DNA from: Candidatus Bathyarchaeia archaeon
Lineage (GTDB): Archaea > Thermoproteota > Bathyarchaeia > TCS64
Reading direction: 5' to 3'
DNA length: 64,000 bases
NCBI GenBank assembly: GCA_050014495.1
Contig: JBEKDF010000009.1
Coordinates: forward strand, 14,229-78,228
This document shows, one piece after another, positions 24,981 through 34,654 of the stretch. Made by a program: the position numbers and the translations under genes. The notes beneath the pieces were generated by a model that saw only the letters and a list, made by a program, of their open reading frames with translations, was not told where the DNA came from and made no database searches. Numbering within the stretch: the first letter of the stretch is position 1; each line of letters opens with the position of its first letter.

Positions 24981-25235
24981 AAGCAGTTTATGAGTTAACG
25001 CCTTCTCATGAAAGCATTCACGACGATGGCAAGTCCAACGATGATAATAAAGGAAGGCCAGATCTTGTCCCAGATACGCGCGCGCGATGAAGTTCATAAG
25101 ATGGCTTAAAAAGTTTCGTACAAGCGCCACAAATGGTCTCGTGATCGTCTACCCATAGGTCGCACGCGCCTGATCTCCAATGACAGATATGCTTCAGCTA
25201 CTGTAAAACGGGTTAACTCGTGATAGATTATGAGA

Positions 25236-26105
25236 CTAGGCACGCTTATCGATCTTGACGCCCCCTCGGGGGCCTATCGTGGCCTTAGCATGGCGGAGAG
25301 CCCAGCAGCTTATGACTATGCCTACCGGGAGAGACGCAGGGTGCCTTGCAGCCAACTCTATATGGAGGTCGAGGGCGGTCGGCCCCTCACCGAGACCCAT
25401 TGCACCTATACCGAGTTCATTCACCTTACCCAGAAGCTCCTCCTCTATAGATGCTAGCTTTGGGTCTGGGTTCCTCACTTTGAATGGTTTTAGTAGCGCC
25501 TTCTTCGCGAGGAGCATGCATAGGTCCTCACTTCCGCCGATGCCGACCCCGATGAAGTAGGGTGGGCACCCCTGTGACCCAGCCGCAGCGACGGCCTCAA
25601 TCACGAACTGTTTGACGCCTTTCATCCCTAAGCCTGGTTTAAGCATTCGATGATTTGCGACATTGCTGCTCCCCCCACCCTTCGGCATGGCGATGAGCTC
25701 TAGTTCGTTGCCGGGGACCAATTCCCAGTTGATTATTGGTACGAAGGCGCCTGTGTTATCGTTTGTGTTTCCCTTAAGCATGTCCACTGCGTTGGGTCGG
25801 ATGGGGATCTCCTCGGTGGCCCGTCTAGTGGCTTTGACAAGTATCTCCTTGAGCTCAGATTTGAGTGGAAACTTGTCTCCCACCTTGACCATGAAGGCGA
25901 CGACGCCGGTATCTTGGCACATGGGCCAGCTATTCTTTCTTGCGAGTGAGGCGTCGTCCAGTATACTCTTGAGCTGAGCTTTCCCGGTTATACCCTTTGT
26001 ACCCTTCATGAGCCTCTCCATTTCCTTGATATATTCGACTGGAAGTTCGGTGGCAGCTATCCTGAGAAGCTCCACTGCTGTGTCTTCTACGATGATGTTA
26101 AGCAT
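25236..26105 (-). CDS. class I (Fe-S) fumarate hydratase / hydro-lyase, alpha subunit
   Basis: PMCQDTGVVAFMVKVG and GGGSSN are hallmarks of Fe-S hydro-lyase (FumA/TtdA) N-terminal domains. Confidence 0.85.
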   Translation of the reverse strand: MLNIIVEDTAVELLRIAATELPVEYIKEMERLMKGTKGITGKAQLKSILDDASLARKNSWPMCQDTGVVAFMVKVGDKFPLKSELKEILVKATRRATEEIPIRPNAVDMLKGNTNDNTGAFVPIINWELVPGNELELIAMPKGGGSSNVANHRMLKPGLGMKGVKQFVIEAVAAAGSQGCPPYFIGVGIGGSEDLCMLLAKKALLKPFKVRNPDPKLASIEEELLGKVNELGIGAMGLGEGPTALDLHIELAARHPASLPVGIVISCWALRHAKATIGPRGGVKIDKRA

Positions 26106-26714
26106 TCATTTCATCTCCGAGATGATCCTGTCCCTATTGGCGTTCACCTTCATGCCTACATCTTGAGTTAGATTACCACCGTGGGAATCTATAGCCACTA
26201 TAAGGGGTCCAAAGTTCTCTGTTTCATAGACCCAAAGGCACTCAGGCATGCCAAGCTCCTCCAACCAGAAGACATCTTTAACCTTCTTAATTCCCTTGGC
26301 TGCGAGTAGGGCAGCACCTCCCGTGAAGGCGGTATAGACGCAACCGAACTTTTGGCACGCCTTCGAGGTCCTCTCACCCATGCCACCCTTGCCGATTAGG
26401 ACTGCGGGTCGGAAGGCTTCTATAAATCTGTCCTCGAATAGTTCCATCCTTGTGCTAGTCGTGGGGCCAGCAGCTACTACCTCCCACTCCTTTCCTCTCT
26501 TCCTCATTATGGGACCGCAGTGGAAGACTCCTACTCCTTTAAAGTCTACAGGGGTCTTCTTCCCCTGCTCAAATAATTCAAGGGCCTTACTATGTGCCTC
26601 GTCCCGTGCGGTTATCACTATACCCGTGATGTAAATTATGTCCCCGATATTGAGCTTCCTAAGCTCCGCTTCAGGGACTGGTGTCTTGAGGTGATACTCC
26701 AAACCCCTTCTCAC
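26106..26714 (-). CDS. class I (Fe-S) fumarate hydratase / hydro-lyase, beta subunit
   Basis: ITGIVITARDEAHSKAL...GPTTSTRME...GKGGMG is typical of the beta (C-terminal) subunit. It abuts the alpha gene. Confidence 0.85.
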   Translation of the reverse strand: MRRGLEYHLKTPVPEAELRKLNIGDIIYITGIVITARDEAHSKALELFEQGKKTPVDFKGVGVFHCGPIMRKRGKEWEVVAAGPTTSTRMELFEDRFIEAFRPAVLIGKGGMGERTSKACQKFGCVYTAFTGGAALLAAKGIKKVKDVFWLEELGMPECLWVYETENFGPLIVAIDSHGGNLTQDVGMKVNANRDRIISEMK

Positions 26715-26986
26715 TCATTTGAACAGGTCTCAACAGCGATTTAAAACCTGAGGAATTCCATGTTAGACTGGACAAAATTACCGTGTGTTTTCATCTATAA
26801 TCTAAGTGGCGCTTAGAAAAAAAGTGAGTATTATCCTTGAATCACCCAAGGCTTCAAGAGATACTAAAGATCTCGTGCTACCCTAACAGTTAGCAGAACC
26901 CAAATTAATACCACATTTTCCAGAGGAAGCTGATCCCGGGCGTTTCTGAGAAAAGGTATAATATATACAGCGTTATAACTTCTGAG

Positions 26987-27406
26987 ATGTCTTCGGAAAA
27001 ACAGGGGTTCATTATCCACCCCTCCCCTGATAACAAGGTTTTTCGAGACCGGATTAAGGAGCTGAGCGGAGAAAAGGTCGAACTCTGCTTCCAATGCGGT
27101 GCCTGTAGCTCGGGATGTCCATTGACCCAGGAGATGGATTACCTCCCCAGCAAGGTGATTAGGCTGGTGCAGCTTGGCCTCGATGAAGCGCTGGACTCTA
27201 AGACCATATGGGTCTGCACGAGCTGCTTCAACTGCGAGGTCAGGTGTCCCCGCGGCATAGACATCGCCAACGTAATGGAGTCGCTCCGCCAACTAGTACT
27301 GAGGAAAAAGTACGATCGTGTGACCCTCGACCAGCTAAGTGACGAGCAATTGAAGGAGCTGCCCCAGGTCGCAATCATCAGTAGTCTGAGGAAACTAACT
27401 GCGTGA
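26987..27406 (+). CDS. hdrC: heterodisulfide reductase subunit C-like (2x[4Fe-4S])
   Basis: CFQCGACSSGCP and CTSCFNCEVRCP motifs. Confidence 0.8.
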   Translation: MSSEKQGFIIHPSPDNKVFRDRIKELSGEKVELCFQCGACSSGCPLTQEMDYLPSKVIRLVQLGLDEALDSKTIWVCTSCFNCEVRCPRGIDIANVMESLRQLVLRKKYDRVTLDQLSDEQLKELPQVAIISSLRKLTA

Positions 27407-27413
27407 TCAAGTC

Positions 27414-28307
27414 ATGAATGTTGCATACTATCCGGGCTGCACGTTGAAGACAACAGCTAAGGAGTTTGACATAAGTACGAGGGCCTCAGCCAAAGCGCTG
27501 GGCATTAACCTCGTGGAGCTCCCACGCTGGAACTGCTGCGGTACCGTCCATGCCCTCGCGAAGGATGACGTTATGCACCACCTAGCGCCTCTGAGAAATC
27601 TCCTCCGGGTTGAGGAGGCTCAACAGAGCGGCATAGTTGACGAAAAACGTGTCATTGCCCTGTGCGCGATGTGCTACAACACATTGAAGCGGAGCAACCA
27701 GGCCTTTAACGCCGATTCGGACAAAGCAGGGAAGGTCAAGGAGAGCATGAATAACGAGGCGAACGTCTACAGCGGACAGGTCGAGGTGGAGCACTTACTT
27801 GAGTTCCTTCGCACATATGGTTGGGACAAGGTACAGTCCCACGTCTCCAAGCCTCTGAACGGGTTGAAGGTTGCCCCATATTATGGATGCCTACTCTTAA
27901 GACCCCGAGGCATAGGAATAGACGACGCAGACAACCCACGTGTCTTCGAGGATCTGCTAAAGGCACTAGGAGCAGAAGTAATAGATTTTGGCTATAAACA
28001 GAAGTGCTGCGGCAGCTACCACACCGTCCACATGGTAGATGTGGTAGCAGATCTCAGTAACAGGATTCTGACGCAGGCTCAGTCTGCTGGCGCGGATCTT
28101 GTCGCCACAGCATGCCCACTATGCGAGTTCAACCTCGGCAACAGGCAGACTGAGGTAGCCAAGAAGTATTCTAAGTTCCAAGGTATTCCAATTGTTTATT
28201 TTACCCAGCTGATGGCTCTCGCCTTCGGCCTCGGGGAGGATGATACGGCGCTCGGGATGAATAAGCCCGACCCGAGGCCTTTGCTCAGGGAGAAAGGGTT
28301 GATTTAG
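27414..28307 (+). CDS. hdrB: heterodisulfide reductase subunit B-like (two CCG domains)
   Basis: YYPGCT...WNCCGT and YYGC...KCCGSY...CPLC. Confidence 0.85.
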   Translation: MNVAYYPGCTLKTTAKEFDISTRASAKALGINLVELPRWNCCGTVHALAKDDVMHHLAPLRNLLRVEEAQQSGIVDEKRVIALCAMCYNTLKRSNQAFNADSDKAGKVKESMNNEANVYSGQVEVEHLLEFLRTYGWDKVQSHVSKPLNGLKVAPYYGCLLLRPRGIGIDDADNPRVFEDLLKALGAEVIDFGYKQKCCGSYHTVHMVDVVADLSNRILTQAQSAGADLVATACPLCEFNLGNRQTEVAKKYSKFQGIPIVYFTQLMALAFGLGEDDTALGMNKPDPRPLLREKGLI

Positions 28308-28308
28308 A

Positions 28309-28998
28309 ATGACTGAGAACGGTAACAAGATGGTCACCATCTATGTGATGGGCAAGAAGCAGAAAGTACCTGCGGACCTAACTATTATGAAGGCTATGGA
28401 GTACGCTGGCCACCAGTTTAGGAGAGGTGCCGGTTGCAGGGGCGGCTTCTGTGGTGCTTGCGCAACTGTATACAGGAAGAAGGGGAGCTACAAGCTCCAG
28501 GGAGCTTTAGCCTGCCAGAAGATAGTCGAGGATGGGATGATTATAGCCCAAATACCATTCAGCCCACAAGAGAAGGTGACCTATAAGATCAACGAGCTAA
28601 AGGCTGAGGCGAACACCTTCCTCGAATATTACCCCGAGATCGCTAGGTGTCTAGCCTGCAACACGTGCACGAAGGCTTGTCCACAGGATATTATGGTTAT
28701 GGACTACGTCCAATCAGCTCTGCGCGGCGACGTCACCCAGGCCGCGAAGCTGAGCTTTGACTGCCTCGGATGCGGACTCTGCGCCATGAGGTGCCCCGCT
28801 GAGATCGTTCCCTACAATATTGGGCAATTAGCACGTCGCCTCGAGTCCAAGTATATCGAGGGACCCACCGAGCACGTCCTCAAGAGGTGCGAGGAGGTGA
28901 AAGAGGGTAAGTTCGACGCCGAGATCGAGGAGATGATGAAGATGGACAAGGCAACACTCTCTAAGAAGTACAATACGAGGGAGATGAAGATCAAATGA
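28309..28998 (+). CDS. SdhB/FrdB-like iron-sulfur subunit ([2Fe-2S] plus two [4Fe-4S]-type motifs)
   Basis: CRGGFCGACATV (2Fe-2S ferredoxin domain), CLACNTCTKACP and CLGCGLCAMRCP. Confidence 0.75.
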   Translation: MTENGNKMVTIYVMGKKQKVPADLTIMKAMEYAGHQFRRGAGCRGGFCGACATVYRKKGSYKLQGALACQKIVEDGMIIAQIPFSPQEKVTYKINELKAEANTFLEYYPEIARCLACNTCTKACPQDIMVMDYVQSALRGDVTQAAKLSFDCLGCGLCAMRCPAEIVPYNIGQLARRLESKYIEGPTEHVLKRCEEVKEGKFDAEIEEMMKMDKATLSKKYNTREMKIK

Positions 28999-30650
28999 GT
29001 GGCTACATTTCAGGCTACCCAGAGTATATGCAGGATTCCATCAGGAAAGTCGCCGAGAAGAGGGGCAGCAACCTCTCGTCACATGGCATCAATGCGATGA
29101 CAGCTGAGGAGAGGCAATCCATCCTCGAGCACTTTCACCCCGACTGGAAGCCCAACATGAAGCGTCCGATAGCCATGGGGCCGAGTAAAGGGATGATGGT
29201 CCCCAACGAGGTTGCGGATATCCTTGAGGCCCACCCACTCATAAAACCTAGTGACATAGACCTCAACCACATAGACTACGATGTCGAAGTTCTTATCATC
29301 GGAGCAGGTGGGGCAGGCTTAAGCGCTGCGCTACTTGCGCAGGAGAACGGAGTGCCCGTAGACCAGATACTAATGATCCAGAAACTCAGACTGGGAGACG
29401 CAAACTCGAAGATGAGCCAGGGGGGAATCCAGGCAGCCGACTCTTCAATTGACAGCCCCTCGATCCACTACTTGGATGTCATTGGTGGCGGTCACTATGC
29501 GAATAAGCCGGACTTAGTTGAGGCCCTCGTTAAGGATGCCCCCGATGTGATCAAATGGCACGAAGAACTAGGCGTGATGTACGATAAGAATCCCGATGGT
29601 TCTTTGCTCGAGATTGCAGGGGGCGGCACCAGCAGGAGGCGAATGCATAGCTGCAAGGACTACACTGGCTTGGAGATTACCCGTGTACTCGTGGACGAAT
29701 TCATTAACCGTGGAATAAGCAACATCGAATTTACGAGTGCAGTCGACTTCATAATGGATAGTAAGAACCAAGTCGCAGGGGCTGTCTTGTTCGATATGGA
29801 GACCGAGGAGTACCGTGTCGCGAGGGCTAAGTCGACGATTCTAGCAACTGGTGGCTTTGGCAGGTTGCACATCCAGGGTTTCGCGACGACGAATCATTAC
29901 GGTGCAACGGGCGACGGTATCGTCATGGCTTACCGCACAGGCGCAATTTTGAGGGATCTTGACTCAACACAGTACCACCCAACAGGCGCTGCTTACCCGG
30001 AGCAGATTGTTGGTCAGCTGGCCACGGAGAAACTCCGTGGTAGAGGCGCTCTCCCCGTCAATAAGAATGGCGAACTATTCGTCTACCACTTGGAACCACG
30101 TGATATCGAATCCTCAAGCTACATCAGGGAGTGCTACGAGAGGGATAACGGGATAATTACTCCGACAGGGATGCGTGCTGTCTGGCTCGACACACCGATG
30201 ATCGAGATAGTAACGGGTCCAGGCACAATCGAGCGCGAGTTCGCCGCTATGTTCCGTAACTTCAAAAAATTCGGCATAGATATCAGAAAGGAGCCTATAC
30301 TTGTCTTCCCCACTCTTCACTACCAGAATGGTGGAGTTGAGATTAATCCCAACACCGAGACCAGTGTCCCCGGACTATTCTGCGCTGGTGAGGTCTGCGG
30401 TGGTGTACACGGTAAAAACAGGCTCATGGGAAACAGTCAACTAGACCTCTATGTCTTCGGACGTAGAGCGGGTAAGGCAGCTGCGGAGCACGCTAAGAAT
30501 GCTTCCGTGGGCAAGCTCACCCTCGCTCACTTAGACCGCTATGAAAGGTGGCTCGCGAAGGCTGGTGTCAAAACGGATCGGAAATCCCCGATCCTTCTCC
30601 CCGAGTACAGGGGAAAGAAGACGCTCGAACATAAATTGAACATACTGTAG
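28995..30650 (+). CDS. SdhA/FrdA/TfrA-family flavoprotein (soluble fumarate-reductase-like)
   Basis: IIGAGGAGLSAAL, MSQGGIQAA, YHPTG, LRGRGA, HYQNGGV and NRLMGNSQLDLYVFGRRAG. The covalent-FAD histidine position reads N, which points to non-covalent FAD. An N-terminal extension of about 95 aa is present. Confidence 0.8.
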   Translation: MSGYISGYPEYMQDSIRKVAEKRGSNLSSHGINAMTAEERQSILEHFHPDWKPNMKRPIAMGPSKGMMVPNEVADILEAHPLIKPSDIDLNHIDYDVEVLIIGAGGAGLSAALLAQENGVPVDQILMIQKLRLGDANSKMSQGGIQAADSSIDSPSIHYLDVIGGGHYANKPDLVEALVKDAPDVIKWHEELGVMYDKNPDGSLLEIAGGGTSRRRMHSCKDYTGLEITRVLVDEFINRGISNIEFTSAVDFIMDSKNQVAGAVLFDMETEEYRVARAKSTILATGGFGRLHIQGFATTNHYGATGDGIVMAYRTGAILRDLDSTQYHPTGAAYPEQIVGQLATEKLRGRGALPVNKNGELFVYHLEPRDIESSSYIRECYERDNGIITPTGMRAVWLDTPMIEIVTGPGTIEREFAAMFRNFKKFGIDIRKEPILVFPTLHYQNGGVEINPNTETSVPGLFCAGEVCGGVHGKNRLMGNSQLDLYVFGRRAGKAAAEHAKNASVGKLTLAHLDRYERWLAKAGVKTDRKSPILLPEYRGKKTLEHKLNIL

Positions 30651-30658
30651 GGATCTGA

Positions 30659-33019
30659 ATGACTGAAACACCTAGAATCGGCGTCTGGCTCTGCGAGTGT
30701 GGTGGGAATATAGGCGACGTAGTCGAGACTGATCGCGTCGTCGAGGAGCTCAAGTCCGAAGCTGCCTTCGTGAAGAAGGAGAGATACCTCTGCAGTAAAC
30801 CGAGCGTTGACGCAATCAAGGAGGCTGTCGAGAAGCAGCACCTGGACAGAGTAGTCCTCGCCTGCTGTACACCTAAGATGCATAGGGAGACATTTCTGAG
30901 TAACCTCGCGGAGAAGGGAGTCAACCCCGCCTTCTTGGAGATGGTAAATGTCCGTGAGCAGTGCAGCTGGGTCCATAAAGAAGACCACGAGGGTGCGACT
31001 CTGAAGACTTTAGACCTTATTAGGGGTGCGGTGGCGCGGGCAAAGGAGTCTGTGGCACTGGAGTCGAAGAGGATGAAGGTTATCCCCGAGGCCCTCGTAA
31101 TCGGAGGAGGCGTCGCAGGTATCACTACAAGCCTTCGCCTCAGCGAGTTCGGCATGAATGTGCATCTCGTTGAGAAACGTCCCAGTATCGGTGGCCACAT
31201 GATCCAATACCCGAAGGTCTTCCCGACGCTCGATTGTAGCCAATGCATACTTACACCGAAGATGGCGTCAGTAAGCCAGAGCAGGAACATTGACTTAATC
31301 ACATATGCTGAAGTTGAGGAGGTCTCTGGTATCCCCGGTGATTTCAAGGCTAAGATAAGACTCAACCCACGGGGCGTAGATGTATCAAAGTGCATCGGGT
31401 GCGGTGCCTGTAGTAGGGTCTGCCCGACGAAGGTGCCCGCTGAACACGACCAAGACCTTGGCGTCAGGAAGGCGGCATATATACCCTTCCCACAGAGTGT
31501 TCCCAGCGTCTATACCATCGACTTCGAGCACTGTATCCACTGCGGGGCCTGCGCGAAGGTTTGCCCACGGCAATGTATTGATCTTGACGATACCGGTTCC
31601 TCTAAGGAGCTGAAGGTGGGTGCCATTGTGATGGCAACTGGATTCGAGCTCTACGATCTCTCTGGGCTCATACAGTATGGCTACGGACGTTACCCAAACG
31701 TTGTGACTAGCCTCGAGATGGAGAGGATACTTGACGTCAACGGGCCGACGGGGAGCCAACTCATCGTCCCGAAGACCGGTAGGCAGGTTAAGACCGTGAC
31801 TTTCGTCCTCTGCGCCGGAAGTAGAGACACTGAGGTAGGACGCAGTTACTGTAGTAGAGTCTGCTGCCTTTACAGTATGAAGCAGGCCCAGCTCCTGAGA
31901 GACCGTGGCGTCGACGTTTGGATTCACTATATAGATATCAGGTCACCAGGTCGTCGCTACGAGGAGTTCTACAGGACTACACAGGAGAAGGGCGCGATGT
32001 TTGTGAAGGGGAAGGTGGCTGAGATTGTCCCAGACGGGGAGCAGGTGCTCGTGCGCAGCGAGGACATGATGCTTAATAAGATGCTTGAGTATTCGAGCGA
32101 CCTTGTTGTCCTGGCTCCACCGATGGTAACGACCCCTGAGACCCTGAAGCTCGCTGAGATGCTGCGTGTGCCTGTTGATGAGGATCAGTTTGTATTGGAG
32201 AGGCATCCGAAGCTCGACCCGGTGTCCACGAAGAGAGACGGAATCTTCGCGGCAGGCACGGTTGTTGGTCCAAAGGATATCCAGTCAACAACGGCGGAGG
32301 CGGAGGGGGCGGCGATGAAGGTGGTTAACTTCCTCCATGTGGACAGGGTCATCGAACCTAACAAGGTGTTCCTTGCACACCCGGAGCTGTGCGATGGTTG
32401 TGCTAAGTGTGTGGGTTCTTGCCCCGAGTCTGCGATTACCCTCTCAGATGGGAAAGCGTTGGTGAACGAGATAATGTGCACGGGCTGTGGTGCCTGTGTG
32501 CCATCTTGTCCTAGGAATGCCTTGGATCAGCAAGGCTTGAGTGAGACTCAGATCAAGGCTCAGATAAGAGGGGCCCTCGAGGGATCGAAAGCTGAGCTTA
32601 AGATACTCACATTCGTCGAGAAGGAGGTAGCGTACACAGCGGTCGACCTCGCCGGGCTGGCGAGGCTACCCTACCCAAGCAGCATCAGGATCATCCCGAT
32701 GCCCTCACTTGCGAGGCTGAAGCTGGAGCACCTACTCCAAGCCTTCGCCTACGGGGCGGATGGGGTGATGCTTCTCGAGGCACCATCTCATGAAGGTCCA
32801 TATGGTCATGCTCATGTGCTGGCGGAGGAGAGAGCCGATGAGTACAGGTGGGCACTTGAGGATCATGGCGTGGATAGTAGTAGGATGTGGTTCAGCAGGG
32901 TCTATGTTCCCGACTGGAGGAAGCTAGAGAGGGTCTTCAAGACCTTCAACGACATCATTGCTGGGGAGGGCCCGATAGGAGAAGATGCTAGGAAAAAGCT
33001 CCGCGAGGAGCTCCAATAA
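30659..33019 (+). CDS. hdrA: HdrA-type flavoprotein with C-terminal cysteine-less MvhD-like domain
   Basis: N-domain IGVWLCECGGNIG...LACCTP...VNVREQCSWVH. FAD fold VIGGGVAGITTSL, plus YCSRVCC. Four CxxCxxCxxxCP ferredoxin motifs. The C-terminus AYTAVDLAG...YGADGVMLL is homologous to MvhD. Confidence 0.8.
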   Translation: MTETPRIGVWLCECGGNIGDVVETDRVVEELKSEAAFVKKERYLCSKPSVDAIKEAVEKQHLDRVVLACCTPKMHRETFLSNLAEKGVNPAFLEMVNVREQCSWVHKEDHEGATLKTLDLIRGAVARAKESVALESKRMKVIPEALVIGGGVAGITTSLRLSEFGMNVHLVEKRPSIGGHMIQYPKVFPTLDCSQCILTPKMASVSQSRNIDLITYAEVEEVSGIPGDFKAKIRLNPRGVDVSKCIGCGACSRVCPTKVPAEHDQDLGVRKAAYIPFPQSVPSVYTIDFEHCIHCGACAKVCPRQCIDLDDTGSSKELKVGAIVMATGFELYDLSGLIQYGYGRYPNVVTSLEMERILDVNGPTGSQLIVPKTGRQVKTVTFVLCAGSRDTEVGRSYCSRVCCLYSMKQAQLLRDRGVDVWIHYIDIRSPGRRYEEFYRTTQEKGAMFVKGKVAEIVPDGEQVLVRSEDMMLNKMLEYSSDLVVLAPPMVTTPETLKLAEMLRVPVDEDQFVLERHPKLDPVSTKRDGIFAAGTVVGPKDIQSTTAEAEGAAMKVVNFLHVDRVIEPNKVFLAHPELCDGCAKCVGSCPESAITLSDGKALVNEIMCTGCGACVPSCPRNALDQQGLSETQIKAQIRGALEGSKAELKILTFVEKEVAYTAVDLAGLARLPYPSSIRIIPMPSLARLKLEHLLQAFAYGADGVMLLEAPSHEGPYGHAHVLAEERADEYRWALEDHGVDSSRMWFSRVYVPDWRKLERVFKTFNDIIAGEGPIGEDARKKLREELQ

Positions 33020-33152
33020 CCCCTCATTCAAGAGTTCTAAACTCTATAATTCAAAATTATACACGTGGAGATGTTTCTTAGGATGTGGAATTAGAAGTCA
33101 ATTAGCTCGTTGTTTCATTGCTTTTGAAATGATCGTCGCGCGTACGAACGAC

Positions 33153-33926
33153 TTAGGCGTGGCTTAAGAAGTCCTTTCGCCCACCGTCAACAACTAGAAC
33201 CTGCCCTGTGACGAAGCTAGACTCATCAGAGGCAAGGAAAAGAACCGCATTTGCGATGTCCTGAGGTTCCCCAATACGCCTCATTGCTGCCATTCCCGCC
33301 TTTAGCTTCTGCAGCTCCTCTGTTTTCTCTCTAGTCGAACGACTTGTCATATCTGTGCGCGTCCATCCAGGCGCCACACTGTTCACGTTGATACCGTGGG
33401 GGCCGAGATCCTGTGCAGCGACCGTCGTCATCGCTATTAGGGCGGCTTTGGCGCAACAATAGGCGAGTTCCCCAACTGGGGCACCTCCGAGCCCTGAGAT
33501 GCTAGAGATATTAATTATTTTGCCCGACTTCTGCTCCACCATCATCTTCGATGCTATCTGGGTGCAGTTAAATGGGCCCTTGAAATTTACAGCGATGACT
33601 CTATCCCAATCTTCTTCGGAGGTATCAAGTGTTGTCCCGCCAGTGCCTATTCCTGCGTTATTTACCAGAATATCCACCCTCCCGAACTCGGCCAGGACCT
33701 TGTTAAACATTCTCTGAGCCTCTGTCCTCTTAGATACGTCGGCTTTGACGGCGATAGCTCTCCTCCCCATTGCCTTTATATTTTTAACAACTTCTTTCGC
33801 GTCATTTACGGACTTTACATAGTTCACGACGATGTCCGCCCCCTCTCGGGCGAATGTCTCTGCGATTGCTTTACCTATCCCACGGGAAGCACCCGTGATA
33901 ACTGCTACCTTTCCATCGAGCTTCAT
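33153..33926 (-). CDS. short-chain dehydrogenase/reductase (FabG-like)
   Basis: VAVITGASRGIGKAIA, NNAG and YCCAKAAL (the YxxxK motif). Confidence 0.85.
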   Translation of the reverse strand: MKLDGKVAVITGASRGIGKAIAETFAREGADIVVNYVKSVNDAKEVVKNIKAMGRRAIAVKADVSKRTEAQRMFNKVLAEFGRVDILVNNAGIGTGGTTLDTSEEDWDRVIAVNFKGPFNCTQIASKMMVEQKSGKIINISSISGLGGAPVGELAYCCAKAALIAMTTVAAQDLGPHGINVNSVAPGWTRTDMTSRSTREKTEELQKLKAGMAAMRRIGEPQDIANAVLFLASDESSFVTGQVLVVDGGRKDFLSHA

Positions 33927-33967
33927 GGTGCAGACTCGCCACAGTGGGAGATTAAACTTTCCAGAAT

Positions 33968-34447
33968 CTATTGAGTAGCCTTTATCGCGTCTGCAAAAGT
34001 CTTTAGTTTCTCTTTATAATCCCCTATCTCGACTTCCGTCTCCTTTATCTCTAATGTTACAATGGGTGCGCCCGTGATTTTGGCCATATTCTCGAAGGTT
34101 GATCCTGGTGAACTCTGGTAAGTACAGAAGTATGCTACATTGCGGATCTTACTCTTTGCCTGAATCAGGTAGCTTCGTATGGGGCTCGCCATGTTCCAAG
34201 CCCAAATAGGCGTACCAATGACAACGACATCGTAGTAGGATGGGTCCATTTTTAGCGCTTCTATTACGGGAGTTGCTCCGCTCATCGCCTCCCTCCCCGA
34301 GGTCAGCCACCCCATAGGTCCTGCACGACTCTTTGCTTCAGTAATAGCCTCTATATCAGCGGAAAGCAGAGTACTAAGCTCATCAGCGAGCTTTTTCGTC
34401 GTCCCTGTTCGGGAGAAGTATGTGATAAGAGTCTTCATGAGATCCAC
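33968..34447 (-). CDS. flavodoxin-family protein
   Basis: MKTLITYFSRTGTTKKLA is an FMN phosphate-binding loop. 159 aa. Confidence 0.7.
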   Translation of the reverse strand: MDLMKTLITYFSRTGTTKKLADELSTLLSADIEAITEAKSRAGPMGWLTSGREAMSGATPVIEALKMDPSYYDVVVIGTPIWAWNMASPIRSYLIQAKSKIRNVAYFCTYQSSPGSTFENMAKITGAPIVTLEIKETEVEIGDYKEKLKTFADAIKATQ

Positions 34448-34654
34448 GTTTATGAGCTTAAATAAAAAATCGACTAAACTTCAGGTTAATGAGAGCTGAT
34501 AAAAAAAGTAGTCATCTACAGAAGATCCTCTAATGTTGATTCTCCCATATTATTACAGAGATAATTCAGCTATCAACCGCAATGTGGACCCAATGAATGA
34601 CCAGAATTGTTTGTGACTACACCTCAATCTACTCGCGTAAGTGTTATCCTTACA

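Noticed and set aside
24995-25097. Minus-strand small ORF next to a (CG)5 tract (25077-25086). One extra CG unit would put its ATG in frame with a convincing single-TM peptide (IWDKIWPSFIIIVGLAIVVNAFMRRR).
   Set aside because: As sequenced, the ATG frame gives an implausible peptide and the TM frame has no start codon. Repeat-mediated phase variation is undocumented for this context. Similar GCGCGC tracts at 61-72, 8455-8467 and 61314-61324 show no comparable ORF logic.
30568-31395. Long antisense or out-of-frame ORFs in the track. Examples: 30568-31395(-), 43359-44186(-), 12546-13382(+), 18476-19078(-), 4029-4463(-), 31385-31927(-), 1746-2162(+), 22153-22527(+).
   Set aside because: Each lies entirely inside a gene with strong family motifs on the other strand or frame. 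They have low-complexity Arg/Ser/Pro-rich (or, in AT-rich DNA, Ile/Phe/Ser-rich) translations typical of shadow ORFs.
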